A DNA stretch of 64,000 bases from an uncultured Actinomycetota bacterium (GCA_963805705.1 CAWDVH010000001.1:2829198-2893197), one strand, 5' to 3'. Positions 33,576 through 43,597 are shown, counted from the stretch's first letter. Program-made: numbers and translations. Notes: generated from the letters alone by a model not told the origin.

Positions 33576-34064
33576 TCAGCTGCCGTCGGCGAGCTCGCTG
33601 GCCAGTTCCTTCTCGTCTTCTTCCGACAGTGAGGTCTTGAGCACCGTGCCGCCAAGCGGGCCCATCGCGTCACCGAACTTGTCCTCGGTGATCTTCTCAG
33701 CCATGATCACCACTGCGGCGGTGCCCGGCTTGAGCATGTCCTGCACCTGCGACCTGAACTGCTCGTTGACCCCGCTCTTGCCCAGCTTGCCGAACAGGGC
33801 GCCCATGGCGCCCCCCAGCAGCAGCCCGACGCCCGGGACGAAGAACAGCAAGCCGATCAGCATTCCCCACAGGGCCCCGCCTGCCGCCGATACTCCGACG
33901 ATCTTCTGGGGGGTGTGGACGTGGCTCTTGCCCTCGGCGTCGACGTCGACGACGGCCAGGCCGGTGAGCTTGACCACGAAGTCCTTGTTGAGCTCCAGCA
34001 CCTTGTCGTAGGCCCGGGTAGCACTGGCCTGGTCGTTGTAGCCGATAACAATCAGTTCTGACAT
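33576..34064 (-). CDS. DUF1269-family membrane protein (general-stress-like)
   Basis: Start MSELIVIGY at 34064 with GGAGAA upstream. A glycine-zipper TM segment (GGALWGMLIGLLFFVPGVGLLLGGAMGALFG) is present. Confidence 0.7.
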   Translation of the reverse strand: MSELIVIGYNDQASATRAYDKVLELNKDFVVKLTGLAVVDVDAEGKSHVHTPQKIVGVSAAGGALWGMLIGLLFFVPGVGLLLGGAMGALFGKLGKSGVNEQFRSQVQDMLKPGTAAVVIMAEKITEDKFGDAMGPLGGTVLKTSLSEEDEKELASELADGS

Positions 34065-34194
34065 GATTCTCCCCTTGCTGGCAGGCAGCCTGCCGCTGCC
34101 CTTAGGCCTCCGCATCGAACGCTAACGCGGTACGAAGTTGCTCGGAGCCTAAGTGAGTGTATTGGCCAGGTGCTGACAGCCGCCAGCCAGCAGC

Positions 34195-34857
34195 GTGATC
34201 GCGGCCGGGCCATCAGCCTGGCTGGCCTGCCTGTGGCCTGCCCCCGGACATAAGATCCGGTACGTGGCGACGGCGCGTGCGAAACGGGCCGCGGTCCTGG
34301 TGCCGGGCGGCGGCAGCGCCGATAGCCCGCTGCTGGCGTATGCCGGCCTGGCCGTCCAGCGCCGGGGAGGCTACGCGCACCGTCTTACGTGGACCGGCCG
34401 GGAACGGGTTTCCTGGCCAGCCTGGCCATCGGCGGCGCCGGTGTTCTCGGCCGAGATTCATGCCTGGGCGGTCTCTCAGGTCTCGGCGGCGATTGACGAG
34501 GCGGCGGCAGCGTCGGGAGTACCGGCACCAGTGGTGATCGGGAAGTCGCTTGGCTCGCTGGCGGCTCCGCTGGCGGCCGACCGGGACCTGGCGGCGGTGT
34601 GGTTTACCCCGCTGCTGACAGATGGCGCGAGGGTTAAGGCTCTGCGGCGTGCCACCGCTCCGTTCCTCCTGATCGGCGGCACCGCTGACCGGCTGTGGGA
34701 GGGGACCGTCGCCCGGTCGCTTTCTCCCCATGTCATCGAGGTGGACGCCGCGGATCACGGGATGCTCGTGCCGGGTGAGTTGTCCGCCTCCGCGGCCGTG
34801 CTGGGACAGGTGATGACGGCTGTGGAGCTATTCCTCGATCAGGTGCTCTGGCCGTGA
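34195..34857 (+). CDS. Alpha/beta hydrolase-fold protein (small)
   Basis: Nucleophile-elbow-like GKSLGS motif and Asp/His candidates downstream. The 5' end is uncertain. Confidence 0.5.
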   Translation: MIAAGPSAWLACLWPAPGHKIRYVATARAKRAAVLVPGGGSADSPLLAYAGLAVQRRGGYAHRLTWTGRERVSWPAWPSAAPVFSAEIHAWAVSQVSAAIDEAAAASGVPAPVVIGKSLGSLAAPLAADRDLAAVWFTPLLTDGARVKALRRATAPFLLIGGTADRLWEGTVARSLSPHVIEVDAADHGMLVPGELSASAAVLGQVMTAVELFLDQVLWP

Positions 34858-35474
34858 TCGGGCGGCAGGTCCTGCACCTGCTGCTTGGTGATGCTGAGCC
34901 GGATACCGCCGTCGAACCCAGCCACCTTGCCGAACGGGATAGCTACTTCCTTGCGAGCCCACAGATGCCCCTCTTTGAGGAGCACGTGTGTCACCTGGTG
35001 GCTGGCCGGGTCGATGCGGAGCGCATGGACTTGCCCGATGTCACCATCGGTGGCGTGGACGTGGTCACCGTGGCGCTCCTGCACCTCGCCAGCCGGGATG
35101 AGGTCGATGGTCTCCCTCTCCGGGACTCGCGGGATCTCGTCGCCGTCCACGACCGGTGCGCCGCCCGCGTCCCGCCAGCCGGGTGCGACCACCTGTACCG
35201 GGACGTCGTAGCCAACTACGAATTCCGCCAGCGTCTCTTCGGCCGGGCCGAGATCCCTGAACTCCGCCTCAGTGCAGCGGAGCCTGATCTCGCCGGTCGT
35301 CGCGTCGACCATGTCCAGCGGAACAAGCCGGGCGAGCCCTATCCGGCCCTTCGGCTCGACCACCAGATGGGTGACTGTGCCGGCGGCGGGGTCGACGACC
35401 ACGGACCGCACCTCGCCGCGGAACCCGTCGGCACAGCGAGCGTCACTTCCGATTACGAGCGTTATCTCTGCCAA
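34839..35474 (-). CDS. PRC-barrel domain protein (tandem PRC barrels)
   Basis: Two copies of a V..V..DP..G.V..LVV / I...D...G.I (PRC-barrel-like) pattern. Confidence 0.55.
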   Translation of the reverse strand: MAEITLVIGSDARCADGFRGEVRSVVVDPAAGTVTHLVVEPKGRIGLARLVPLDMVDATTGEIRLRCTEAEFRDLGPAEETLAEFVVGYDVPVQVVAPGWRDAGGAPVVDGDEIPRVPERETIDLIPAGEVQERHGDHVHATDGDIGQVHALRIDPASHQVTHVLLKEGHLWARKEVAIPFGKVAGFDGGIRLSITKQQVQDLPPDHGQST

Positions 35475-35639
35475 GAGCCAGCCTCCTCGTATCTCCCGAC
35501 TCTAGCCACCCGCCGCCCGGCATGGGCTGGCTCCCCGCCGTCGGCAGCGCCCAGGACCCTTCCGGCTCCTGACCAGTCGTGCTGGTTGACAAAGTAGATT
35601 TGCTATGCAAACCTTCTGGTAATACAAGCAAGGTGGGCG

Positions 35640-36059
35640 ATGGCAAGACGTGGCCAGGAAACGAATACTGCCGGGCATCCTGGCGTTGCCGCACCGGACC
35701 CGGATGCGACCGGGTCGCATCCGACGGCGGCCCTCAACGAGACAGTGCACCAGCGGCACAGGCTGGGCATCCTGACGATCACCTCGCAGTCGCGGCAAGC
35801 GGACTTCGGTTACCTGCGGGAGACGCTGGGCCTGACCTCGGGAAACCTGTCAACGCACCTGATGGTGCTGGAGGATGCGGGCCTGGTCCGGGTGGAGAAG
35901 GGCTACGAGGGCCGCCGTCCGCGGACCTGGGTGAGCATTACTCGCCAGGGCCGCGCGGCCCTGGCTGCGGAGATGGACGCACTGACGCGGCTCGTTCGCG
36001 AGCACGACGCAGAGCGGGATACGGAAAGTGCTGGAGGTAGCAATGACCGGGACACCTGA
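35640..36059 (+). CDS. ArsR-like winged-helix transcriptional regulator (module 1)
   Basis: RLGILTIT...FGYLRETLGLTSGNLSTHLMVLEDAGLVRVEKGYEGRRPRTWVSIT.QGR.AL: an HTH_20/ArsR recognition-helix pattern plus a wing. It is paralogous to 52122..52475. Confidence 0.65.
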   Translation: MARRGQETNTAGHPGVAAPDPDATGSHPTAALNETVHQRHRLGILTITSQSRQADFGYLRETLGLTSGNLSTHLMVLEDAGLVRVEKGYEGRRPRTWVSITRQGRAALAAEMDALTRLVREHDAERDTESAGGSNDRDT

Positions 36060-36837
36060 GCGCGCGACGGCAGGAGACGGTGACCGAGAGGCCCTCGCGT
36101 CAGCGCAGCTGCTCGACGAGATGCATGCTCTTCGCGGTCGGACCAGCGCCGCCGCGCGCGGCTACTGGCTGCCCCTGCTGCTATTCGCCGCGATAATCTG
36201 CGGCTCGCTGCCGTTCTATGAGCGCCTGGCGCAATCGCGGTCAGGCCCAGCCGGGCCGGCTGGGCCCGATCGCGGCTGCCGGGCGCTGCTGAACCACCCC
36301 TGCCATCTGTCGGTCGGGACAGCACACCTTTCGATCTTGGTGGTGACGGCGCTTGGCTACTACTGGCAGATTGCCATCCCGGCCGGAGTCGTGCTGACCG
36401 TGCTGTGGTACCGCTGGCACGGCAATCGGGTTGGGCTGCGGACTCCGGCACGCGGCTTCCTCATCACCGGCCTGATCCTGGGCGAGCTAGTCCTTCTCGT
36501 CCCCATCCTCGCGCATCAGTCCACTTCGCTGACCAGCCTGATGCACCACCTGCACCAGGCGGTTCCGCTCGTGATCATCGCTGCCGTGCTCTGGGTGCTG
36601 GCCTGGGCCGAGCGCAGTCCGATGCTGGCCGTGATCGTGGCTGTTTACCTCGCGGTCGCGCTGACGGTCAGCCAGTTCAACGATGGTGGCCTGGCCGGCG
36701 GTAATACTGGCGCGGCCGACCTGAGCATCACCGCATTGCGCCTGCTTGGCCTATTGCCGGCGCTGGTCCTTCTGGCCGGCGGCCTGTGGGCCTGGTCAGC
36801 CCAGCGGCTGCACCTGCGTCCGCACCTGAGCCGATGA
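36043..36837 (+). CDS. Polytopic membrane protein of unknown function (module 1 partner)
   Basis: About 6 TM helices and no known domain. Paralogous to 52472..53248 (shared motifs YW.PL.LF...C.S.PFY, LGYYW, LWYR.H...VGL.TPARG). Confidence 0.6.
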   Translation: MTGTPERATAGDGDREALASAQLLDEMHALRGRTSAAARGYWLPLLLFAAIICGSLPFYERLAQSRSGPAGPAGPDRGCRALLNHPCHLSVGTAHLSILVVTALGYYWQIAIPAGVVLTVLWYRWHGNRVGLRTPARGFLITGLILGELVLLVPILAHQSTSLTSLMHHLHQAVPLVIIAAVLWVLAWAERSPMLAVIVAVYLAVALTVSQFNDGGLAGGNTGAADLSITALRLLGLLPALVLLAGGLWAWSAQRLHLRPHLSR

Positions 36838-37517
36838 GCTGGGACGAAGCCTTTTCCCGCCGCTACGGAGAGTGGTCGGCTCACATGACGGCCGACATTG
36901 CCTTCTATGTCGAGCTTGCGCGCACAGCGCAGGGGGCGCCGGTCGAGCTGGCCGTCGGAAACGGGCGTGTAGCCGTTCCCGTGGCCCAGGCAACCGGCCA
37001 GCGAGTTATCGGCATTGACTCATCGCCGGCGATGCTGGAGCAAGCGCGGTCCCGCGCGGGCGAGGCGGGCGTGGAGCTTGACTTGCGCGAGGGTGACATG
37101 CGCGACCTCGCCGTTGACGAGCCAGCGGACCTGATCTACTGCCCGTTCCGCGCGCTCCTGCACCTGCCGACCTGGGCCGACCGCCGCCGTACCTTTGAGC
37201 GCGTCGCCGCGTCGCTGCGACCGGGCGGCCGATTCGCCTGGAATGCCTTTGCCTTCGACCACCAGATCGCGGCCCGCCTCGACGGGCGGCATCAGGACGA
37301 GCCTGTCTCCCACGCGATCCGGTACGCCGTCGGCGACAATCGAATCGACATCACGCTTGACGATGGCGCGAGCAGTTCCCTCTGGTGGGCTACGAAGAAC
37401 GAGTGGCTCGGGCTCCTGGATGTCGCCGGACTGGAGCTTGAGGCACTTTACGGGGACTTCTCCGGACAGCCGTTCGAGGACGACAGCCGAGAATACGTCT
37501 TCATCGCACGCCGCTAA
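36834..37517 (+). CDS. Class I SAM-dependent methyltransferase
   Basis: Motif I VIGIDSSPAML, an acidic post-I region and motif LRPGGRFAW. ATGA overlap with the upstream gene. Confidence 0.8.
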   Translation: MSWDEAFSRRYGEWSAHMTADIAFYVELARTAQGAPVELAVGNGRVAVPVAQATGQRVIGIDSSPAMLEQARSRAGEAGVELDLREGDMRDLAVDEPADLIYCPFRALLHLPTWADRRRTFERVAASLRPGGRFAWNAFAFDHQIAARLDGRHQDEPVSHAIRYAVGDNRIDITLDDGASSSLWWATKNEWLGLLDVAGLELEALYGDFSGQPFEDDSREYVFIARR

Positions 37518-37760
37518 GGGCGGGGGTTCCACCTTCGTCCCGACCAGCGCCAGGATGCACGGATGACAGCGCCGTCCTGGCCAGGATGATCCCGATCGGG
37601 CGCCGCCAGGCCGTGCCCAAGGATGAAGTCCTGGCGATCTTCGCGGCTGCCCCCGTGGTCGACGTTGATGGGTGGAGTGCCCGTAAGTGACCGCTGGTAG
37701 CCGTGAGAGTTCATGACTTGTGCCCATTCGTGGCCCGAGCCTGAGGCGGCCGGGACGTCG

Positions 37761-38237
37761 TTAGCGCGCAACGATCGCGGCCAAGTGGCTCAGCGAGTTG
37801 CCGAGATGGTCGGGAGCGAACGGCGGGAACTGGATGTGCTGGCGGGGAACCGGCCCTACCGCCGACCAGTCATAGGAGAGTGTGACCTTGGTCTCGTCCG
37901 GGCCGAGCTGGGTCAGGTCGTAACGCCAGATCCAGCCGCCGAACTCCAGCTTGCCTGTTGCGGCTGACATATAGCCCGGCTCCCACGAAATGACGCGCGG
38001 CGGCTCGAACCCGACGACCCGGTTGGCCATCTCGTAGCTGCCATCCGGGTGGTTGTCGTGGTACATGGCGATCCGGAAGACCTGACCTGAGCCGGTTAGC
38101 CGCTGGCCATCGAGGGAGTCGCGAACCCAGCCGGTGCCGTCAATGGCCGCGTGCCGGGATGGGTCGGCAAGCACCGCGAACACGGTTTCGGCCGATGCGC
38201 TGATCGTGGTCGTCGCGCTGACGATCTCCTCGGTCAT
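37761..38237 (-). CDS. SRPBCC-superfamily protein (polyketide cyclase/dehydrase- or AHSA1-like)
   Basis: Start MTEEIVSATTTISASAETVFAVLADP at 38237 with GGAGG upstream, a typical SRPBCC N-terminus. Confidence 0.7.
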   Translation of the reverse strand: MTEEIVSATTTISASAETVFAVLADPSRHAAIDGTGWVRDSLDGQRLTGSGQVFRIAMYHDNHPDGSYEMANRVVGFEPPRVISWEPGYMSAATGKLEFGGWIWRYDLTQLGPDETKVTLSYDWSAVGPVPRQHIQFPPFAPDHLGNSLSHLAAIVAR

Positions 38238-38342
38238 GGTAGATGGCCTCCGATTCCTCTGGTTCCTCATGGCCATGCCGGGAAGCCGCATGGGGCTTCG
38301 ACTTACCGTTACTGACCCTGGCCTCCTGCACGTCGAGCCCGG

Positions 38343-38696
38343 TCACGCGAACGGCCGCACCTCGACCTTCCGGTTGCAGGCCTTCGACCCCTCGGCGGCG
38401 AGCTTGAGCGCCACGTCGAGGTCGGCAGCCTCGATAATCCACAGGCCGCCGAGCCACTCCTTCGACTCCACGAAGGGTCCGTCGGTGAACAGCGCCTCGC
38501 CGCCCCGGTTGTCGATCACGGTCGCGGTGCGGGGCGCCGCGAGGCCGCCGGCGAAAACCCAGTGGCCCTCCGCCACGAGCCGGTCGTTGAACGCGTCAAG
38601 CGTGCTCGATTCAGGCTGGGGATTACCAACCGCTGCCATCTCATCCGGGGTGGCCAGGTCGGCAGCGTTGTCGATCACAGAAACCAGATACTGCAT
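38343..38696 (-). CDS. YciI-like protein (YCII-related domain)
   Basis: 117 aa: MQYLVSVIDN...GHWVFAGGL...GG.WIIEA.DLD.A. Confidence 0.8.
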   Translation of the reverse strand: MQYLVSVIDNAADLATPDEMAAVGNPQPESSTLDAFNDRLVAEGHWVFAGGLAAPRTATVIDNRGGEALFTDGPFVESKEWLGGLWIIEAADLDVALKLAAEGSKACNRKVEVRPFA

Positions 38697-38751
38697 CTCC
38701 GATCATCTCCTGTGCTTCGGGGCGCCCCTTGCAGGCGGCCGCTCACCCCTG

Positions 38752-39831
38752 CTACGAACAGCTCTGACTCAATCCGACACCGTCTCCCGGACTTCTTTCA
38801 AGGGGGTCTGTCTCGCTAGCGGTCATCTCTGACCGCCCCACACCGGGCAGCAAGATCACGCTTGGCCCACTCAAGTCTCGCGCCGGACGCCGGACGGCGG
38901 CCATTCCCACCCGACAACCTGGGCCGGGTGCTCGCGTCCATCCTGGAGCCTGAGGTCCCCGCAGGAGGCTCACATTGGCGCCGCTCGCGCAGTGGGACCG
39001 CGCCCTTTCAGTGGCCCTTACTGCCTGGAGCGTGTAGGTGTGGGGAAGGCGCTGCGGGTTGTCAGTCAGCCGGTATTCGCCGTCGCCGATGTACTCCATT
39101 GCACCAGGCAGCGCGGACCACGGGATGCTGTCGTGCTCTCTGAACGCCGTGATCCGCAGGCCAGCGTCGAGCAGCGATGTGATGATCTCGCCAATTCCGT
39201 GATTCCACCACTTCGTGACGGTGTGCGCGAACTTCGCGTCCGTCCCGACATAGGTGGCACCCGAAGTCGCTACGTTCGGTTCCGCCTGCTCGAAGTACGG
39301 ACGTTCTAGCGTTAGCAAGCCGTCCCTTACTTTCGCCGACAGCAGCACCGGGTGGTCCTCGCGGATGAACAGGCGTCCGCCTGGCCGCAACAGGTCCGCG
39401 ATTACGCTGCCCCAACGACGGATGTCGGGTAGCCAAGATAGTGAGCCGACGCCGGTATACACCAGGTCGAACTCTCCAGCGCCCAAGACCGCAGCCGCAA
39501 GGTAAACGTCAGACTGGACGAACGTGGCGTCGGCCCTGGTGTTTGACGCCAACGTCTGCGCCGCCTCGACGGCCGCCCTGGAGAAGTCAAGGCCGGTCAT
39601 CGACGCGCCCAGTCGGGCCAGGGAGACTGTGTCCGTCCCGATGTGGCACTGCAAGTGCGCACCGCGCAGCCCGTAGACGTCGCCGAGTCGCGGCAGGTCG
39701 AACCGCACCACGTTGCTGATAAAGTCCGGCTCCGCGAGATAACGCTGCACGCTGTAGTAATCAGACGCGAGGTGCGTCGGCACTCGATCGTCCCAGTTAG
39801 CCTGATTGATTTCTTGGTAATCAGTCACCAC
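38752..39831 (-). CDS. Class I SAM-dependent methyltransferase whose 3' end (last ~75 codons) runs antisense through an integrase remnant
   Basis: MT motifs (GLDFS, LVYTGVGSLSWLPD, LRPGGRLF). After about aa 270 the sequence (RRPARDLSGPSVILLPG...) is the antisense translation of the integrase fragment at 38841-38912. Confidence 0.65.
   Translation of the reverse strand: MVTDYQEINQANWDDRVPTHLASDYYSVQRYLAEPDFISNVVRFDLPRLGDVYGLRGAHLQCHIGTDTVSLARLGASMTGLDFSRAAVEAAQTLASNTRADATFVQSDVYLAAAVLGAGEFDLVYTGVGSLSWLPDIRRWGSVIADLLRPGGRLFIREDHPVLLSAKVRDGLLTLERPYFEQAEPNVATSGATYVGTDAKFAHTVTKWWNHGIGEIITSLLDAGLRITAFREHDSIPWSALPGAMEYIGDGEYRLTDNPQRLPHTYTLQAVRATERARSHCASGANVSLLRGPQAPGWTRAPGPGCRVGMAAVRRPARDLSGPSVILLPGVGRSEMTASETDPLERSPGDGVGLSQSCS
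38841..38912 (+). pseudogene. Short tyrosine-recombinase (integrase) remnant (GSKITLGPLKSRAGRRTAAIP box)
   Basis: Nucleotide similarity to 40086-40150 and 45205-45270; it encodes the conserved KxRxxRxxP catalytic-region motif. Confidence 0.5.
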
Positions 39832-40024
39832 GGCAACGTATCAATGGCGGGCTCCGCCGCTGTCCGAGACTTGCTGGGCCGGCAGCGCGGCGGGCTCAAG
39901 GCTCACTGCGACAGGCGCGTCCGTGAACGATATGGAATGGTGCCACTGCGAGCAGCCTGCGCGCCTGCGCCGGGCGGGCGCAGCAGCGCAGAGCCCGGCG
40001 CGAGGCGCGAGCGGCGGCGCAGGC

Positions 40025-40558
40025 GCCGCCTTGACCTGGAAGCAGGCCTGGTCCGGGTGCGCCTGGCCTTCTCTGATCGCCGCGCACCGGGCAGCAAGCT
40101 CACGCTCGGCCCGCTGAAGTCTCGCGCCGGACGCCGGACGGCGGGCATTCCCGGTGCGATCATCTCGGCTCTGCGCGACCATCATTCCGTCTTCGTAGCC
40201 ATTGGCCCGGCGTCGCTTGCGTTCGCGGGGTGCGAAGGGCTCGCCGCGGCGGCGGAGCAACTTCAACAGGATGTCAGGCTGGGCATATGCAGCCGATTCG
40301 ATCGGCGCGGCGGGTCTGCATTTCCATGATCTCCGCCACACCGGAAACACGTTCGCCGCGGCCAGCGGCACGGGCATCAAGGATCTCATGGCCCGCAGGG
40401 GACACGACAGCGAGCGCGCGGCGATGATCTACCTGCGTGAGGCGCGGGACGCTGACCGGGCGATCACAAGTGCGACCGACGCTCATGTCGATGCCGAGCG
40501 CAAGAGGGACCGAGCCGACGATGACGGGCTGTCCGAGGCTCTTGTCCCAGCGGGTTAA
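40025..40558 (+). pseudogene. Tyrosine recombinase/integrase C-terminal catalytic domain, 5'-truncated and frameshifted (copy A)
   Basis: TLGPLKSRAGRRTAGIPGAII in one frame and LHFHDLRHTGNTFAAASGTGIKDLMARRGHDSERAAMIYLRE in another (ORFs 39643..40329 and 40202..40558). About 99% identical to copy B at 45143-45676. Confidence 0.7.
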
Positions 40559-40634
40559 TGGCACGGGAGGGTCGCTGAGCCTGGTGAGCCGGAGGCCGAG
40601 ATGGATATCGCAGCTGTGACCTGGTGTTTTGGGT

Positions 40635-40682
40635 TGGAGCGGGCGACCGGGATCGAACCGGCATGACCAGCTTGGAAGGCTG
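40635..40682 (-). repeat. 48-nt copy of the 3' part of tRNA-Gly(TCC); att-site duplicate of 45753-45800
   Basis: tggagcgggcgaccgggatcgaaccggcatgaccagcttggaaggctg is identical to the 3' 48 nt of the intact tRNA-Gly gene 5118 bp downstream. Confidence 0.7.
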
Positions 40683-40794
40683 ACCGCACATCGTGGTCAT
40701 TGGATCTGACCTGGGCGTTCGGATAGCTGACGGGAGCCGTGGTTGACCGCTGGTTGCCGTGGCCAATGGCACGTTAATGGCACGTCGATCTTGT

Positions 40795-41457
40795 TCAGCG
40801 TGCGGCAGGCGTGCTGGCATTCGGGATGGTGGGTTCGTTCGAGGCGGCCAGCTTGAGGAACTCTGCGGCCCGGTCGAAGGTCTCACCGATGGTGTGGCCC
40901 GCCAGCTGAGCCTGGTAGGCCTGGTACCGCGTCATCTCCCACGCCTGGCCGCGTGGTGTAAGCAACCCGAGCGCCGGTTCCGGCACCGGCTTCCACGTCC
41001 AGCCCGTGATACGTCCCTTGGGTGCGCCCGGGCGGGCCTCGCCGGGTTCGATGAACTCATCAAGATCGGCTTCGTCGCCGATCTGGTTCCGGACAAAGCG
41101 CAGTCCTGTCAAGGTTTCCTCGACCATCTGGCGTTGTGCCGGGGCCTGGCCTGCCATCATGGTGTCGTAGGCATCTGGGTGATGGCGCACCAGCGTGGCG
41201 TCGACGATGGTGATCCACCACACGGCCTCACCGATTGCCGCGACCGCCCGCGCCCGGTCCCGCGCCCGGGGAAGCCGGCCTGTCGTGTCGCTCATCGCGG
41301 TAATGGACCACGCCAGCGCGCTCGCCCCCGCCGTCAGATCACCCACCTGCTCGCGGTTCCATGCGGCTCGGCAGCCAGCAGAGCAGAACCGGGCATGCTC
41401 GCGGCGCGGCTCGAACGAGGTGCCGCACTGCACACAGTTCCGGACATCAGCTAGCAC
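40795..41457 (-). CDS. Hypothetical protein with an N-terminal CxxC...CxxC zinc-ribbon (island cargo)
   Basis: MLADVRNCVQCGTSFEPRREHARFCSAGCRAAW, followed by about 180 aa without known motifs. Confidence 0.5.
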   Translation of the reverse strand: MLADVRNCVQCGTSFEPRREHARFCSAGCRAAWNREQVGDLTAGASALAWSITAMSDTTGRLPRARDRARAVAAIGEAVWWITIVDATLVRHHPDAYDTMMAGQAPAQRQMVEETLTGLRFVRNQIGDEADLDEFIEPGEARPGAPKGRITGWTWKPVPEPALGLLTPRGQAWEMTRYQAYQAQLAGHTIGETFDRAAEFLKLAASNEPTIPNASTPAAR

Positions 41458-41795
41458 TGCTGTTCCTCATGGGGCGCTTGTGCCGCACCGTCGGTCACAG
41501 GGTCAGCCGCCTTGCCACAAAATGATCATCGCGTGCCTGGGTGTGCCCTGCATGACCTTGAACCATTGACTTACCTTCGGCTTTGATGAACGTCCGGTTG
41601 CGGTGCTCTCGTCCCGCCTCGGCGTTAGCCACGCTATGGCTGGCGGCCGATGGCGTGAGTTCACCTGCCGAACATCCTACGTTTACCTGCCGTTCATCTT
41701 TAGGTCGGCTGCGTGATGCTTACGCGGGATAGTTTCCGGTGCAGCGGAAGGCGCGGCCGGTCGCGAGACAGACCGCATAGGCGACGGGGGATGCG

Positions 41796-43241
41796 GTGAC
41801 CGAGACCCGGGCCCAGGACTTGATTACCGCGCTGGACGAGGCGTCGCTGAGCAGGTTCCATCTGCGGGCGGTGCTGGCGTCGGGAATGGGGTTCTTCACC
41901 GACGCTTACGACCTGTTCGTCATCGGGATCGCCTCCGCGCTGATCACCAAGGACTGGAACCTGAGTTCAGGCAGGCTGGCCCTGCTCAACTCCACGATGC
42001 TGTTTGCCGCGTTCATCGGCGCGTTCGTGTTCGGCCGCTTCGCCGATGTGGTCGGCCGCAAGCGGGTGTACTGGATCGTCGCCGTAATCATGATCGTGGG
42101 GGCGCTGGGGTCGGCGCTGTCGCAGTCGTTCTGGGTGCTGATCGCGTTCCGGTTCGTGCTGGGTTTCGGTGTCGGCGGTGATTACCCGGTCAGCGCGGTG
42201 ATGGTCAGCGAGTACGCCAACCGCAAGGACCGCGGCAAGCTGGTCGGGATGGTGTTCGGAACCCAGGCACTCGGGCTCATTGTCGGGCCGCTGATCGCGC
42301 TGGCGCTGCTCGGCTCCGGAGCCAGTAACGACACGGCGTGGCGGGTCCTGCTCGCCCTGGGCGCGGTGCCCGCCGCCGCGGTGATCTACCTGCGCTGCCG
42401 GATGCCCGAGTCGCCCCGCTACCAGGCCCAGGTGCAGGGAAAGGCCCAGCAGGCGGCGAGCCGGATGTCAGATTTCACCAGCGGCCAGGTCAGCGGGAAT
42501 GGGTCCGCTGGGCAGGCCAGCGGAAACGGCTCGGTCGCTGTGCAGCAGGAGATGGGGCTGCGGGCATTCCTGACCAGCCGCCGGTGGCTGATCACGCTGG
42601 CCGGGACGGCTGGCTGCTGGTTCCTGCTCGACTACGCCTACTACGGCAACACGATCTCCACCCCGCAGATCCTCGGCCTGATCTCGCCGAACGCCTCGAC
42701 CATGACCAAGATCGCCCTGCAGCTGGGGATCTTCGTGGTGGCGGCGGTCCCGGGCTACGTGCTGGCGATCGCCCGACTGGACCGGATCGGGCACCGGCGG
42801 CTGCAGCTGACCGGGTTCGCGATGATGGCGCTCTGCTTCCTGATCATCGCGGTCATACCCGGCATGACCACCGCAGTCGTCCCGTTCCTGCTGGTGTACG
42901 GGGTGAGCTATTTCTTTACCGAGTTCGGCCCGAACATGACCACCTTCGTGATGCCCAGCGAGCTGTACCCGGTATCCATGCGCACGACCGGGCACGGCAT
43001 CTCCGCGGGTGTCGGCAAACTCGGTGCCTTCATCGGCGTCTTCCTGTTCCCGGTGCTCCAGACCTCGCTGGGCCTGCGCGGCACGCTGCTGCTCACCGCC
43101 GGGGTGTCGGTGGCCGGGCTGGCGCTCACCCTGGTGCTGCCCGAGCCAGCCGGGCGAAGCCTGGAGGATATGGCCGCCAGCACCCGGCCGCTGCTGGTGA
43201 CCAGTCAGCTTCACGCCGGGGACCCTGCCTCGGCTGCGTAG
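41796..43241 (+). CDS. MFS transporter (phosphate/sugar-phosphate PHS-like)
   Basis: 12-TM topology and a DAYDLFVIGIA motif. A Gly/Ser/Asn-rich central loop (SGQVSGNGSAGQASGNGS) is present. GTG start. Confidence 0.8.
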   Translation: MTETRAQDLITALDEASLSRFHLRAVLASGMGFFTDAYDLFVIGIASALITKDWNLSSGRLALLNSTMLFAAFIGAFVFGRFADVVGRKRVYWIVAVIMIVGALGSALSQSFWVLIAFRFVLGFGVGGDYPVSAVMVSEYANRKDRGKLVGMVFGTQALGLIVGPLIALALLGSGASNDTAWRVLLALGAVPAAAVIYLRCRMPESPRYQAQVQGKAQQAASRMSDFTSGQVSGNGSAGQASGNGSVAVQQEMGLRAFLTSRRWLITLAGTAGCWFLLDYAYYGNTISTPQILGLISPNASTMTKIALQLGIFVVAAVPGYVLAIARLDRIGHRRLQLTGFAMMALCFLIIAVIPGMTTAVVPFLLVYGVSYFFTEFGPNMTTFVMPSELYPVSMRTTGHGISAGVGKLGAFIGVFLFPVLQTSLGLRGTLLLTAGVSVAGLALTLVLPEPAGRSLEDMAASTRPLLVTSQLHAGDPASAA

Positions 43242-43597
43242 AGACTGCCTCACGGCAGCGCCCCAACCGATCCGCAGCAAGATTGGAGCCATTCGCCGTC
43301 GCCCGCGATCGTCCATCTGCCGTGCTCGCGGCGCACGTACATGGCAAGCCAATCCAGCTACGTCCAGACGTGGGCGAACGTAGATCCCGGTCTAGTCGGG
43401 ATGGACAGGCTGACTGGCCTTGAGAGACTGTATTTAGCCGTGAATTGCCGAGGCTAATCGCACGCTGATCGCACGTGGCTCGGCCTCGACGGAAGTTCGG
43501 TTCCGAGCACTGATGGCATGGCTAACTTCCTGCGTGAAGGTGTCTGGGGCGGGTTTGAGCCGCCGCTGTTCGGACGTGTCGCTGGCAGACTAGGCCG

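Noticed and set aside
40614-40700. Second tRNA-Gly gene
   Set aside because: Only the 3' 48 nt (anticodon-stem 3' half to CCA) are present. Upstream the sequence diverges (..gaaggctgaccgcacat) and cannot form the D-arm or acceptor 5' strand. It is treated as an att-site duplicate rather than a tRNA.
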